Notes under the pieces: model-generated
What the model saw: only the letters and a program-made list of their open reading frames with translations
Told to the model about the DNA's origin: nothing
The model's database searches: none
Shown: positions 1-9,946 of the stretch, one piece after another
Position numbering within the stretch: the first letter of the stretch is position 1
Layout: each line of letters opens with the position of its first letter
NCBI GenBank assembly: GCA_035402825.1
Contig: DAONDZ010000001.1
Coordinates: 44,839-108,838, forward strand
DNA length: 64,000 nucleotides
DNA from: a bacterium
Lineage (GTDB): Bacteria > Patescibacteriota > Patescibacteriia > Patescibacteriales > UBA12465
Direction of reading: 5' to 3'
Translations under genes and position numbers: made by a program

Positions 1-761
1 TGCGCCCAATTGGTATCCTGAAACTCATCCACCATGATATATTTAAACTGCTGGCGGTATTTTGCCAAGATATTAGGACGCTCTTTAAAAAGTCGCAGGG
101 TATAAACTATCAAATCGCCGAAGTCCAAATATTTTTCATCTAACAGCAATTGATTATAACCATGATAAGCGCGGGCTAATTCTTTGACTCTCGCCACCTC
201 CATTTCTGTCTCCTCCGCCCCGCTCAACATGCCGTCTTCATCTTGCTCCAAGCCTTCGGCATAATCCAAATACTCCTGACTGGAAACATTTTCATCTTTC
301 AAGCGGGAGAAATGCTTGATAAGCTCATGAATAAACTTAGTGGGGTTGCCCAAGGGACGATAATAGTCCAAACCTAAGCCGGTTAAATTATTCTTAATTA
401 GCATCCATTCTTCCGTGGTGCTCAACAGCTTGAAATCCGGACTAAGCCCAATATCCAAAGCATGTTCACGCAAAATCCTTTCGCAAAAGCCATGAAAAGT
501 ATTAATCCAAAGATCAAAATAACCATAAGGCAGAATTTTATCGGCTCGTTCTTCCATTTCCGCCGTAGCTTTTTCGGTAAAAGTCATGATTAATATCTCC
601 TCCGTGGACAATTTCTTTTCTAAAACTAAATAAGCCAAACGATTAATCAAAACCGTAGTCTTGCCAGTCCCGGCACCGGCCACAATTAAAAGCGGACCGC
701 CCTCGTGGGTCACGGCCGCTAATTGGCTGGGGTTAAGTTTGGCTAATAGCTCGGGGTCCAT
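1..761 (-). CDS. UvrD/PcrA/Rep-family SF1 DNA helicase, N-terminal part (gene runs off left edge)
   Basis: Not in ORF track because it is open at the window edge. Reverse translation from ATG 761-759 gives MDPELLAKLNPSQLAAVTHEGGPLLIVAGAGTGKTTVLINRLAYL ... KYIMVDEFQDTNWA. This shows Walker A GAGTGKT and the DEFQD motif II. Confidence 0.85.
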   Translation of the reverse strand, partial: MDPELLAKLNPSQLAAVTHEGGPLLIVAGAGTGKTTVLINRLAYLVLEKKLSTEEILIMTFTEKATAEMEERADKILPYGYFDLWINTFHGFCERILREHALDIGLSPDFKLLSTTEEWMLIKNNLTGLGLDYYRPLGNPTKFIHELIKHFSRLKDENVSSQEYLDYAEGLEQDEDGMLSGAEETEMEVARVKELARAYHGYNQLLLDEKYLDFGDLIVYTLRLFKERPNILAKYRQQFKYIMVDEFQDTNWA

Positions 762-764
762 ATC

Positions 765-1859
765 TTATTTTTCGGAAATTATTAACTCTCCTTTTTTCAA
801 AGCATCTTGTTGGGTGGCAGACAATTTAGACCAAGTGAAAAACTTAGACCAGAGAACATTGGCCTCGGAGGCGGTCATAACTTTTGGCACGCTGGCTATT
901 GACTTTAAAGGCACTAATCGCAAAGTCCAAGCGCCGGAATTATAATCAGCTAACAAGGCTAAGCCATTTTGAGTGTCAGCGGAAAAATACTGGTCAAAGA
1001 TAAAATTGCCGAGAGAATAAAAAATCGGATGATTGTTGTAGATCTCCATCCCCTGAATAACATGAGGGTGATGGCCGATAATAATATCGGCGCCAGCATC
1101 CACCAAGCTATGACCGATATTTTCCTGAATCTTATTATATTGATGCTGATATTCCGTACCCCAATGGATACTCACCACCACCAAATGTCCAGCGGCTTTT
1201 TGCTCCTTAATTATTTTTACAGCTTTAGCCAGATCAAAATGATTATAGACCATAGATAGTCCGACTAAAGCAACTTCTTGGTTCTGAATCTCTTTAACTA
1301 TTACCGAATTGCCATCAGCTTGAGCATCAACGCTGCCGCTATGATCAATCCCCAGAGCCGTCAAATTATCTCTAGTCTCTTTAACCCCCTTCTCTCCTTG
1401 ATCACTAAAATGATTGTTAGCTAAGTTGAAGAAGTTGAAGCCATAGGGCTTTAATTGAGCAATTAACTCAGGAGAAAAAGCAAAATCATAGGCATTCTGA
1501 GGAGCATAATGAGCGCCTTGGTTAGTAACGGCTCCTTCTAAATTAGCCATTATTAAATCCCGATTAACAAATAGCCCGGCCTTTTCTAAATCATTAAACA
1601 AAAAACTAAGCTCATTATTTTTAATCTTCTTGCCCACATTCCTGTCCAACATCATATCGCCAAAAGCCAAAATCTTTAATTCCTCTGGCTGAGTATTAGG
1701 CGGCACCACATCCTCCAAGCGCACGCTATTGGCATCAGTGAAATCCAAAACTTCTTTCTGGTCTCCCAATAATGGTTTCACCCAGAAAAAGATTAATCCT
1801 AAAAGGAGAATTAATCCCAGAATAGATATCAGCCAAGAGTAGCGATTAAGTAATTTCAT
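765..1859 (-). CDS. CapA/PgsA-family metallophosphatase-like protein with N-terminal membrane anchor
   Basis: 364 aa. Motifs ILAFGDMMLDR, ANLEG, ANNHFSDQG, SIHWGTEYQ and IIGHHPHVIQG are typical of the CapA (poly-gamma-glutamate capsule synthesis) family. Confidence 0.8.
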   Translation of the reverse strand: MKLLNRYSWLISILGLILLLGLIFFWVKPLLGDQKEVLDFTDANSVRLEDVVPPNTQPEELKILAFGDMMLDRNVGKKIKNNELSFLFNDLEKAGLFVNRDLIMANLEGAVTNQGAHYAPQNAYDFAFSPELIAQLKPYGFNFFNLANNHFSDQGEKGVKETRDNLTALGIDHSGSVDAQADGNSVIVKEIQNQEVALVGLSMVYNHFDLAKAVKIIKEQKAAGHLVVVSIHWGTEYQHQYNKIQENIGHSLVDAGADIIIGHHPHVIQGMEIYNNHPIFYSLGNFIFDQYFSADTQNGLALLADYNSGAWTLRLVPLKSIASVPKVMTASEANVLWSKFFTWSKLSATQQDALKKGELIISEK

Positions 1860-1867
1860 ATAAGCAA

Positions 1868-3139
1868 TTAAAATTTTAAAAGCTGTTTAATCTTAGCTTC
1901 ATTATTCACCTGGCCGATAATCGCCAAGTTCAAACCTTGGTCCTTAAAAACTTGCTGAGCGGCGCGACGAATATCTTGAGGGGTCACCTTTTTAATTTCC
2001 CGCCAAATTTCCTCCGGTGATTGAGCCTCCCCCTTAACCACTATCTGTTTGGCATAGAAATAAGCCAAGCTATCCGACGATTCCAGTCCCATGAATAATC
2101 TGCCCCGATACATATCTTTAACCCGATTGAGCTCTTTCAAGGGAACAAGCTTCTGGGTCATCTCCCGATATTCTTTCATAATAATTTTCACGGCTAGCTC
2201 CAATTCACTGGAACGAATACCGGAAGCAGTGGTTAGATAAGCTGAATCGGTTAAAAACTCTACTTGCGTACGGACATAATAAGCTAAGCCTTGACGTTCA
2301 CGGAGGTTAACAAACAAACGAGAGCTCATGGACCCGCCTAGAATCATCGCCAACACTCGCCAAGCCGGAGCCAAAGGGTCGTTAACCTGACCGATTCTAA
2401 CCCCCAAAGAAAGATGCATCTGATCAGTTTTCTTCTGCTTGACCTTAAAGACCGGGGCGGTTTGTTTTTCTACCACTGCCAACTTCCCTTGAGCTTTTCC
2501 CCGACGGCAAGATTTAAAAAGCTTAGCTAACTCCAATTCCATCTTCCGGAAAGGCAAATCGCCGGCTAGACAAATAAAACCATTAGAGGCGACATATTGG
2601 GAATTATAGTATTTCATGAAATCGGCGCGAGTGAAGCGGCGAATATTTTCCTTAGTGCCAATCACTTCCCAGCCGGCCGGAGTGTCGCCATAGAGCACGC
2701 CTTCAAAAACATCTTCCAAACTGGAACGGGGATCATCTTCATACATATTGATCTCTTCAATAATCACCCCTTTCTCCCGAGCAATTTCTTTAGCATCAAA
2801 TTTGGAATTAATCAGCATGTCGCTAATAATCTCCGCAGCTTTCAATATTTGGCTATTTTCCACTTTAACAAAATAGCCGGTATGCTCTTTGGAAGTGAAA
2901 GCATTATACTCTCCCCCCAAAGCATCTAAGTCGCTAGCCAGAGTTAAAGTATTGGGACGTTTTTTAGTACCCTTAAACATCACATGTTCCACAAAATGGG
3001 ACAAACCGCTGATTTCCCGAGATTCATATTTAGATCCAGTCTTAAAAATCACTAAAATGGTGGCGGTTTTAGAGCCGGGAGACTTGATATTGAGCAAAGA
3101 CAGACCATTGGGGAGTTTTTTCATTTCCACGTTTTTCAT
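1868..3139 (-). CDS. M16-family (pitrilysin/insulinase-like) zinc peptidase
   Basis: 423 aa. Inverted zinc motif HFVEHVMFKGT (HxxEH) and M16-like overall length. Confidence 0.85.
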   Translation of the reverse strand: MKNVEMKKLPNGLSLLNIKSPGSKTATILVIFKTGSKYESREISGLSHFVEHVMFKGTKKRPNTLTLASDLDALGGEYNAFTSKEHTGYFVKVENSQILKAAEIISDMLINSKFDAKEIAREKGVIIEEINMYEDDPRSSLEDVFEGVLYGDTPAGWEVIGTKENIRRFTRADFMKYYNSQYVASNGFICLAGDLPFRKMELELAKLFKSCRRGKAQGKLAVVEKQTAPVFKVKQKKTDQMHLSLGVRIGQVNDPLAPAWRVLAMILGGSMSSRLFVNLRERQGLAYYVRTQVEFLTDSAYLTTASGIRSSELELAVKIIMKEYREMTQKLVPLKELNRVKDMYRGRLFMGLESSDSLAYFYAKQIVVKGEAQSPEEIWREIKKVTPQDIRRAAQQVFKDQGLNLAIIGQVNNEAKIKQLLKF

Positions 3140-3219
3140 AGAGGCTTTATTTAGTATTAGTCCTTTTAATTTATCACAAATCTGCTATAATTAAAAGACA
3201 GAAATTAACCCTATTTTCT

Positions 3220-3936
3220 ATGCCTAAGTATCAAATTAAGCCCCAGGACTTCATTGTGGGCCTGGATAAAAAGTATATTCTGCGGGTCAAAGACATGGTG
3301 GAAGACGAGCGTCCCCGGGAAAAATTAATCAAAGAAGGTGTTGCCGCCCTGTCGGTTGCCGAGCTTTTAGCGGTGGTTTTAGGAGTGGGCACCAAAAAGG
3401 AAGAAGTTTTCTCTATGTCTTCCCGATTGCTGAGAGAATACGGCGAGAGAACTATTGCTTTTGAAAAAGATCCGAAGCTGATTGAAAAAGAATTAAAAAT
3501 CCCGGAAGCTAAATCTTGTCAGATAGTGGCCTGCTTTGAATTAGGTCGCCGCTTCTTCCAAAAGAAACCGGGCGGATCAGTAACCATTCGCACCGCCAAG
3601 CAAGCCTATGACTACTTAAAAGATATGGGGTCTTTGCCGAAAGAACAATTCCGCGGCCTCTATTTAAATACTCACTATCAAGTGGTTCATGATGAAGTTA
3701 TTTCCATCGGCACCTTAGACGCAGCCATAGTTTCTCCCCGCGATGTTTTCCGCCCGGCCCTGGAATATTCTGCCGCCGCGATTGTCATCGCCCACAATCA
3801 TCCTTCCGGCAGCCTGAAAGCTACTCGCCCCGATGTGGAGATTACCAACAAATTAGTGGAAGCCGGCCAGATCCTCGGCATTGAAGTATTGGACCATTTG
3901 ATAATCGCGAATAATAAATTCGCCAGCATCATTTAA
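3220..3936 (+). CDS. radC: RadC-like JAB-domain protein (UPF0758)
   Basis: 238 aa. HhH-like N-terminus (LSVAELLAVVLGVG) and JAMM motif AHNHPSGSLKATRPDVEITNKL. Confidence 0.85.
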   Translation: MPKYQIKPQDFIVGLDKKYILRVKDMVEDERPREKLIKEGVAALSVAELLAVVLGVGTKKEEVFSMSSRLLREYGERTIAFEKDPKLIEKELKIPEAKSCQIVACFELGRRFFQKKPGGSVTIRTAKQAYDYLKDMGSLPKEQFRGLYLNTHYQVVHDEVISIGTLDAAIVSPRDVFRPALEYSAAAIVIAHNHPSGSLKATRPDVEITNKLVEAGQILGIEVLDHLIIANNKFASII

Positions 3937-3937
3937 T

Positions 3938-4180
3938 ATGGCGGAGAAAAAATATCAAATTAAACCGCTCATCTTGCTAATGAAAGATGAGGACAGCGTT
4001 CGTTTCCATGTCCAGAATGATGATTATTTCGGTACCATCGCCACCGTCATCAGCCTAATTAGGCAAAAGATAGCCAAGGAATGTCCCCGGGATGCTTTGT
4101 TGAAAAAATCATTAAACAATTTAGAAAAAGATTTAATGTTTCTCCAGAAAAACTACCAAATCAGCCGCAAGAAAAAATAA
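3938..4180 (+). CDS. hypothetical small protein
   Basis: 80-aa ORF starting 2 nt after the radC stop. No recognisable motif. Confidence 0.4.
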   Translation: MAEKKYQIKPLILLMKDEDSVRFHVQNDDYFGTIATVISLIRQKIAKECPRDALLKKSLNNLEKDLMFLQKNYQISRKKK

Positions 4181-4192
4181 TTTTCCCAATTT

Positions 4193-4222
4193 AAAAATCC
4201 GACTGGAAGGCCGGATTTTTTG
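4193..4222. terminator. putative bidirectional hairpin terminator between convergent genes
   Basis: AAAAATCCG ... CGGATTTTTT inverted repeat flanked by A-run and T-run. Confidence 0.45.
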
Positions 4223-4223
4223 T

Positions 4224-4616
4224 TTACCTAAATTGTTTCGGGCAAGGAATTATCTTCCCCCGAACAATAGTAGGAAATACTTTGGTAATCAGAATGACTT
4301 CATTGACCTGAGGCACGCACGGAACATCATTAGGAAAATCTAAGAAACAGGGCAAAGCCTGGCCGCGCCAAGCAGAAAAAAATAGTCCTCTGCCGTCATA
4401 GGGCACGGCTTTAAAAACGCCAGTGACTATTTCGGTTCCAGGAATTAATTGGTTAAACATGAGTAATAGGGCGTTATAGTCTCTCGCTCCGCCTTTTCTC
4501 CACATACCAATTGGCATTCCAGGAATCGCCGTTTTGATAATGCTCCCGACTTTGATTTTTCCCTGATGCTCTCCCGACCCCAGATGAATTGGTTCAGACG
4601 GAAATTTAGCATCCAT
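4224..4616 (-). CDS. hypothetical protein
   Basis: 130-aa ORF directly downstream of the O-antigen-ligase-like gene on the same strand. No motif recognised. Confidence 0.35.
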   Translation of the reverse strand: MDAKFPSEPIHLGSGEHQGKIKVGSIIKTAIPGMPIGMWRKGGARDYNALLLMFNQLIPGTEIVTGVFKAVPYDGRGLFFSAWRGQALPCFLDFPNDVPCVPQVNEVILITKVFPTIVRGKIIPCPKQFR

Positions 4617-4649
4617 GGCAAAGAACTTTTAGGTTAGATTAATATCTTT

Positions 4650-5978
4650 TTACTCTTCCTCTCTTTTTTGGTCAATCCCCCAAACTGCACCGGAAAAAAT
4701 TATTCCCAGAAGCAGCCAGCCGAAATGAAGGCTGAATAACCAATGATCCAACATGGTTAAAACTATCAATCCCGACAGAAAAGCAGCTAGCTCCGGTTGA
4801 TTATAGGGCAGATATTTAAGAAACAAAAAGAAAATTAAAACCAAAGAAATGAGCAAACCGACGATACCGGTTTCCACTAGAATTAGCAGCCAGACATTAT
4901 GAACCGGCTGATAGAAATAGGCCGGCTCTTGAGGCGCTATCCTAACCAGACTATTGGTATAATTTCCCAGCCCCACCCCTAAGAGCCAATTATCCTTCAC
5001 AATCTTCTGGGCTTGAGAATAGCCAGTGAGCCGCTCGCTCTGAGAAATAACTGACAAACGATTCTCATTATCCAAGCGCGCCGACCACAAAGGATATAGA
5101 CTCAAACTTAAAAATATTAAAAACAAGCAGACTGTTCCCAGCACCCAAGATCTTTCCTGAGATTGGCGCCGGCTGCTATAAGGATCGGCTAAGAACCAAT
5201 AAACAAAAATGGACAGCAAGGCGGCCAGAATGGCGGCGCGAGAAAAAGATAAGATTAAAGCCGACGTAATCAAGATAAAATAAAGCCCGAACAATACCAA
5301 GAATAATCGCGGACGAGCTTGATACCAATCGCAATTTTTGCGGCGGCGGAAATAAATGACCGCGGATAAAAGAACTAGGACCAAAAATCCTCCCAGGATA
5401 TTAGGATGGCCAAAAGGGCCATAGGCTCGCAATTGGCGCTCAACTCCTAAATTAGAATTATATTCTACCACTGAAACCCCCAAAACTTCGGGGCGTTGCT
5501 CAGCCAACCCTAAATATTTATTGCTGCCAGCATAATTATTAACAAATTGGCTGATGCCTAGAATAGCCGGCAAAATAGCGGAGAGCAAAAACATCCGCCA
5601 AGCCATCCGCTTGCTAATCGCCGGACAAGCAGAAATAAGATAAGCGATAAATAAAGCGGCTAGTAGCCAAAAGATCCGACTCAAGCTTAAAGTCAAATCA
5701 ATCCCAGCTAAAGTCAAAGCCGCCGCCGCGATGGTGAAAATAATCACCAACAGCCAAGCGCCGCGCAATCTGATTTTCTCTCGAGCTTTAATGGCCCGGA
5801 TTAAACTCAGGCCGGCCAACAACAAGATGAGCAAATCCACGGCATAAAGACTGTAGGTGGTATATTCGCAATAACCACCGTTAATTTCTCCCGGACGCAA
5901 GAAATAACGAGTCTGCCAAGGCAAGAAAAAAATCAAAAGATAACTCAAGCGGCTAATGAGCCGATCTAAGATTTTCAT
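4650..5978 (-). CDS. O-antigen ligase/polymerase-like (Wzy_C-type) polytopic membrane protein
   Basis: 442 aa, about 10 or more hydrophobic segments. Central loop with FSRAAILAALLS-type segment typical of the O-antigen ligase family. Confidence 0.6.
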   Translation of the reverse strand: MKILDRLISRLSYLLIFFLPWQTRYFLRPGEINGGYCEYTTYSLYAVDLLILLLAGLSLIRAIKAREKIRLRGAWLLVIIFTIAAAALTLAGIDLTLSLSRIFWLLAALFIAYLISACPAISKRMAWRMFLLSAILPAILGISQFVNNYAGSNKYLGLAEQRPEVLGVSVVEYNSNLGVERQLRAYGPFGHPNILGGFLVLVLLSAVIYFRRRKNCDWYQARPRLFLVLFGLYFILITSALILSFSRAAILAALLSIFVYWFLADPYSSRRQSQERSWVLGTVCLFLIFLSLSLYPLWSARLDNENRLSVISQSERLTGYSQAQKIVKDNWLLGVGLGNYTNSLVRIAPQEPAYFYQPVHNVWLLILVETGIVGLLISLVLIFFLFLKYLPYNQPELAAFLSGLIVLTMLDHWLFSLHFGWLLLGIIFSGAVWGIDQKREEE

Positions 5979-6867
5979 AAGATTGTTTAAATTTAAAAGC
6001 TATCTCTGCCCGCTTATCCGCGACGTAGAGCTTTAACATATGATTATTAATTACCACGCCGCTATTATTTCCCGGCCGAGATAACGCTAAGGGCATAATT
6101 TTCAACTGCCAGCGGCGCAGCAATCTTTCCAGTGCTAAAGAAAATGAATTAGGTTGAGACAACCGCTTTTCAGGAACTCTCCTCACATTAGGTTGCCAAT
6201 TAGGCAAAGCATAGCGCAGCCATTTGTTCTCTCGAATTAATCGAGGATAGAGGAACTCACCATAGACCGGCAACAAATCAGCTAACCAATAAGTGAAATA
6301 AGGATCATAGGGGTTGAGACGAAGACGAGTAAAGTCTAAGGCGGTAGTATCAACATAAAAACTCAAACAAATCTTGTCGGCCTTGTTGACTCCCTGCGGT
6401 CGACGACGCAATAGCTTCATTAATCCGGCGGCAAAAAAACGGCTAGTCCACACCCGTCCCGGAGAGCTGATTACCAATAAATCAATATCACTATTAGGCC
6501 GCCAGTTATGAGCGCCAATCAGGTTGGCGATGCCAATGAATTTTATTCCCGGCAATATTTTCAATAGAGCGATGCTCCGTTTAGCTAAACGCAATTTTTC
6601 GCGGCTAACATTATACCTCCTGATTCTTTCTAAAATCAATTTATCTCGACCGACCCGGAAATAGACCCCGCCGCCACCACTGATTCCCGTTATCCCTTGA
6701 TCTAAAATTTCCATCACTGCCCGCAAGCTAGCCGGCCGGTCTAAATAGCGCCAAATTTCATAAGCGGTCAGCGGATAATCGAACAAGTCAAAAAATAAGA
6801 CGGCGCGGAGAGCGGCCGCCTTGAGATCGGCGTTGAGTTGAGAATTGTTGTTAGTTAAATCAATCAT
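5953..6867 (-). CDS. conserved hypothetical protein, possible nucleotidyltransferase-fold
   Basis: 304 aa. SDIDLLVISSPGR resembles the NTase acidic motif. Overlaps the downstream gene by 26 nt, suggesting an operon. Confidence 0.45.
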   Translation of the reverse strand: MIDLTNNNSQLNADLKAAALRAVLFFDLFDYPLTAYEIWRYLDRPASLRAVMEILDQGITGISGGGGVYFRVGRDKLILERIRRYNVSREKLRLAKRSIALLKILPGIKFIGIANLIGAHNWRPNSDIDLLVISSPGRVWTSRFFAAGLMKLLRRRPQGVNKADKICLSFYVDTTALDFTRLRLNPYDPYFTYWLADLLPVYGEFLYPRLIRENKWLRYALPNWQPNVRRVPEKRLSQPNSFSLALERLLRRWQLKIMPLALSRPGNNSGVVINNHMLKLYVADKRAEIAFKFKQSYENLRSAH

Positions 6868-7972
6868 CTAATTTCGGATTAGCGATTAATACCGGATCCA
6901 TGACGGTCTCACCGCCGGTGACCCGCAACACATCTTTATCAATCTTCTTTAACTCGCGATAAGCGTTATTATAATGGTTAACGGTAGTGGACATAGATAG
7001 TCCCAATTTTTTCATGAAATCTTCATAGCTCAAAATATGCTTACCTAATTTTTCCACGTTAAGCTTAATCTCCTTAGCGCTTTCTTCGATTTGCATTGCC
7101 CTCAATCCCTGCAACACGGTCTGAAGATAAGCCAAGAAAGAAGTCGGCGAAACGATAATCACCTTCTTATCCTTAAAAGCATACTCGATTAAATCTCTGG
7201 TATTCACCGATACCGCCCCCACTTTGTTCACTAAAAGGTCATAGTAGATAGCTTCGGAAGGAATGAACATAAAAGCAAAATCCATAGTTCCCTCTCCCGG
7301 CTTCACATACTTAGCGGTTTCATCAATGCGATTCTTGAGGTCTTGCTTAAAAGACTTCTCTAGTTTTTCTTTTTGCTCCGGATCACTGGCGTTTAATATT
7401 CTTTCATAATTCTCCAAGGAGAATTTGGCATCCACCGGAATAATCTTCTCTTTGACAAATACCACCGCATCAACAATGCTGCCGTCCTTGAAAGGATATT
7501 GCATCTGATAGGAATTAGGCGGCAAAACATTCTTGAGAGTTTCCTCCAAATAATATTCCCCTAAAATGCCGCGCTGTTTGGGATTTTTTAAAATATCTTG
7601 CAAATTCTGCAATTGAGCGGAGAAATTAATCACTTGTTTGTTGGTTTCGTCCAATTTAGTCAGTCGTTCAGTGACATCAGCAATTAGCTTGGCGCTTTGG
7701 CCGGTGATGCCTTGGATAATTTTGGTGGTATTAGCAAAATGTTCCTGAGTGGTGCGATGAGTTTCGGATAATTTCTTGTCTAATTCATAACGCAGCTCTT
7801 TATTCTGTTCCGAAAGCAGCGCCAAACGTTCCGACTGTTGAGTCATTTTTTCCATGAGGGCCAAAGCCTTAGAGCCGTCATCATCATTGCCCTTATTTCT
7901 CTTAGACAACAAAAAAATGACTATGGCGAAGCCGATAATTATCAGGATGATGAAAATAAAAGAATTGTCCAT
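6860..7972 (-). CDS. rmuC: DNA recombination protein RmuC
   Basis: N-terminal TM, coiled coil, then DAKFSLENYERI ... FMFIPSEAIYYDLL ... IIVSPTSFLAYLQTV. I prefer ATG at 7972 (MDNSFIFIILII) over the ORF-track start at 8092. Confidence 0.85.
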   Translation of the reverse strand: MDNSFIFIILIIIGFAIVIFLLSKRNKGNDDDGSKALALMEKMTQQSERLALLSEQNKELRYELDKKLSETHRTTQEHFANTTKIIQGITGQSAKLIADVTERLTKLDETNKQVINFSAQLQNLQDILKNPKQRGILGEYYLEETLKNVLPPNSYQMQYPFKDGSIVDAVVFVKEKIIPVDAKFSLENYERILNASDPEQKEKLEKSFKQDLKNRIDETAKYVKPGEGTMDFAFMFIPSEAIYYDLLVNKVGAVSVNTRDLIEYAFKDKKVIIVSPTSFLAYLQTVLQGLRAMQIEESAKEIKLNVEKLGKHILSYEDFMKKLGLSMSTTVNHYNNAYRELKKIDKDVLRVTGGETVMDPVLIANPKLDD

Positions 7973-8113
7973 ACTGCAATAGATTATACTTAAATTATAG
8001 TATAAAAATGGAAGGAAGTATAGTTGACAGCCCCCGGGGTTAGTGTCCTCACCCCACCAAAAGACCGCTCTAAAAAGCGGCCTTATTTTCACTGCAACCT
8101 ATTAAAATATTAA

Positions 8114-9136
8114 TTAATCATGCAGACAACGAACCGACTGGCCAAAACCGGAATAACTCGGTTCAATTCGGATTGTAGAGTCGCTGCTGCCAATGTTTCT
8201 GTCATACGGAAACGAACCATATTGTAAAGAAGAGGTCCAATAATAAGCTTGGGTGTTTTGGTAGGAAAAATAAGAAGCGATAAAATACCACATGCCGGGA
8301 AAAAGCGAATTAAAACCGGAAGATCCTCCTAATTTTAACTTGGCACCTTCATCAGTGCCTCTAATCGCGGTCGGCTGAGTATCGCCATAGGGAAAATCGG
8401 TGACACAAGTGGCTGAAGTGCAAACCGCTCTTTCTAAGGTAGTCCACTCATCGTTAGTCGGGATATGCCAGTTATCCGGACAAATACCTTGAGCCCCGGC
8501 AGTAGTGCTGTATTGCATAGCCTCATTCCAAATATATAATCCGCCGCGAGCTGTGCAATTGGCATCCAAATCGTCAAAACAATATTTTTCCACTATACCG
8601 TTATTGGCTTGACCGGCGGTGCCATTAATTCGGACGCCGACATTTAAATTCTCCGCCATCCAACATTGCGTACCAATTTGAACCACGTCATAAGTATGGC
8701 CATCAACGGTCGGGGCTAAAAGCGCCTGGCAGCAATCGCCGGCGGAAGTGCCGCCGCTATGACCGCAGGTTTTGCCGGCGGGCAAACTAGAAACTTGGCC
8801 GCCTAAACAAAAATTCAAATAATAATTAGCTCCGGCATCAGCCTGAGTATATTGATAAGCATTGCTGGCGGCGGTACAGCTGCCGTCCGGGGTAGTCGGG
8901 GCGGTGGGAATATTGGCCAGATAAGTAGTTGTAGCGCCGGAAGAAGTAGAATAAATAGAACCAGAAGCCCATTCGGCGTCGCTGGGATAACGGCCCATAT
9001 CATTAAAAAATAATTCCAAGGCGGTGGAAATCTGTTTGATATCAGCCACCCGCTTAGTATCTCTAGCTTTGGCGCGAGCGGTATTTAAAGCAATAACGGA
9101 AATAGAAGCCAAGAGCCCGATAATGGCAATCACCAC
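8114..9136 (-). CDS. type IV pilin-like protein fused to a FISUMP (Fibrobacter succinogenes major paralogous, TIGR02145-type) domain; 5' end unresolved
   Basis: The N-terminus continues upstream in frame as ...IKSKKAFTLVELLVVIAIIGLLASI (prepilin helix). The C-terminus has CWMAENLN, GGLYIWNEA, CPDNWHIPTNDEW, SSGFNSL, YYWTSS and SVRCLHD. The GTG start of the ORF track lies inside the pilin helix. Confidence 0.8.
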   Translation of the reverse strand: MVIAIIGLLASISVIALNTARAKARDTKRVADIKQISTALELFFNDMGRYPSDAEWASGSIYSTSSGATTTYLANIPTAPTTPDGSCTAASNAYQYTQADAGANYYLNFCLGGQVSSLPAGKTCGHSGGTSAGDCCQALLAPTVDGHTYDVVQIGTQCWMAENLNVGVRINGTAGQANNGIVEKYCFDDLDANCTARGGLYIWNEAMQYSTTAGAQGICPDNWHIPTNDEWTTLERAVCTSATCVTDFPYGDTQPTAIRGTDEGAKLKLGGSSGFNSLFPGMWYFIASYFSYQNTQAYYWTSSLQYGSFPYDRNIGSSDSTIRIEPSYSGFGQSVRCLHD

Positions 9137-9275
9137 TAATAGTTCTACTAGGGTGAAGGCTTTTTTTGATTTTATAAAAATAAACTCATTAATTATTAAT
9201 TTAATTATAGCTTATTTCGCTAAAAGCAACAAAAAACCAAGGTGTTAAGCTAGCTCTTTGATGACGGTACTCTTT
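9042..9275. repeat. left arm of perfect 234-bp inverted repeat
   Basis: By manual block-wise reverse complementing, this is the exact reverse complement of 9947-10180. Position p pairs with 19222-p. Confidence 0.9.
9204..9232 (-). promoter_or_regulatory. sigma70-like promoter inside left IR arm (TTGTTG-17-TATAAT)
   Basis: Mirror image of 9990-10018. The TATAAT box lies about 15 nt upstream of the out-of-frame ATG. Confidence 0.45.
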
Positions 9276-9436
9276 GGTTCGTTAAAAAATAAGGTTTTAT
9301 TGGGTTAATTATCAAGTTAATCTTTCGCCAGCTAACGGGGCCATTCGACAAAATGATCAAAGGAAAAAGCCCAAATTATAATATAAATTATTATAGCTCT
9401 AAATCTATCTCCGATTCCGAAAAAATTGGAATTTGA

Positions 9437-9790
9437 GACTTCATTTTAGTAGAACAAGGCCGAGCCGAAGCATGTGGAGGATTATCATATTCTTTAATTG
9501 AGCGGTGTTCAATCAGTGTCGGAATTGGCATTGAACAAGTCCCAGCTCTTTACCGCCTTGGTAGCAGAATCTATTTAGGTAATAACGAAAGTGCTTCCGT
9601 AACTTGTTTTGAAAAAGGCGATGACAAAAATAACTGGCGACATAAAAATATTCTCAAATACAATCTAAAAAACTTTGAATTAGATCTCCTGCCTTGGAGA
9701 TGCCACCCAACAAATCTTTATTTTGGTTATAAGCCTAATAAGATAATGACCGTCTGGATTAATCCGGGCCGTTATTTGGTATTCGGTTAA
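9437..9790 (+). other. 117-codon stop-free frame without canonical start codon in the IR core (gene remnant or non-canonical-start gene)
   Basis: Hand translation after TGA 9434-9436: DFILVEQGRAEACGGLSYSLIERCS...KIMTVWINPGRYLVFG, ending in TAA at 9788-9790. There is no ATG/GTG/TTG until near the 3' end. Confidence 0.3.
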
Positions 9791-9946
9791 GACCAGATTG
9801 TAGCTGGCCTAGGTTTCAAACTTAATTAATAAACCGATTGTCTCACTAAAAATTTTGCGCCAGAATAGCAGCTAAAATATAAACGGCGAGAAAGCCTTTT
9901 GGATAAAAGATTTTTTTATTCCCCCAAATTTATAACTAAACTCCAA

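Noticed and set aside
6860-8092. Long N-terminal extension of RmuC from the ORF-track start at 8092. Analogous upstream alternative starts occur at 28287, 49800, 36514, 15615 and 52120.
   Set aside because: The extensions are non-conserved-looking, use alternative starts, or contain the gene's own promoter (28311-39) or the neighbouring gene's 3' end (36471-36514). Downstream ATGs give canonical N-termini.
9838-9866. Outward-facing promoter in the IR core (TTGTCT-17-CAGAAT) that would make the core a promoter-flip switch.
   Set aside because: The match to consensus is weak on both boxes. No convincing outward promoter was found at the other end of the core either, and a better promoter-like site lies inside each IR arm.
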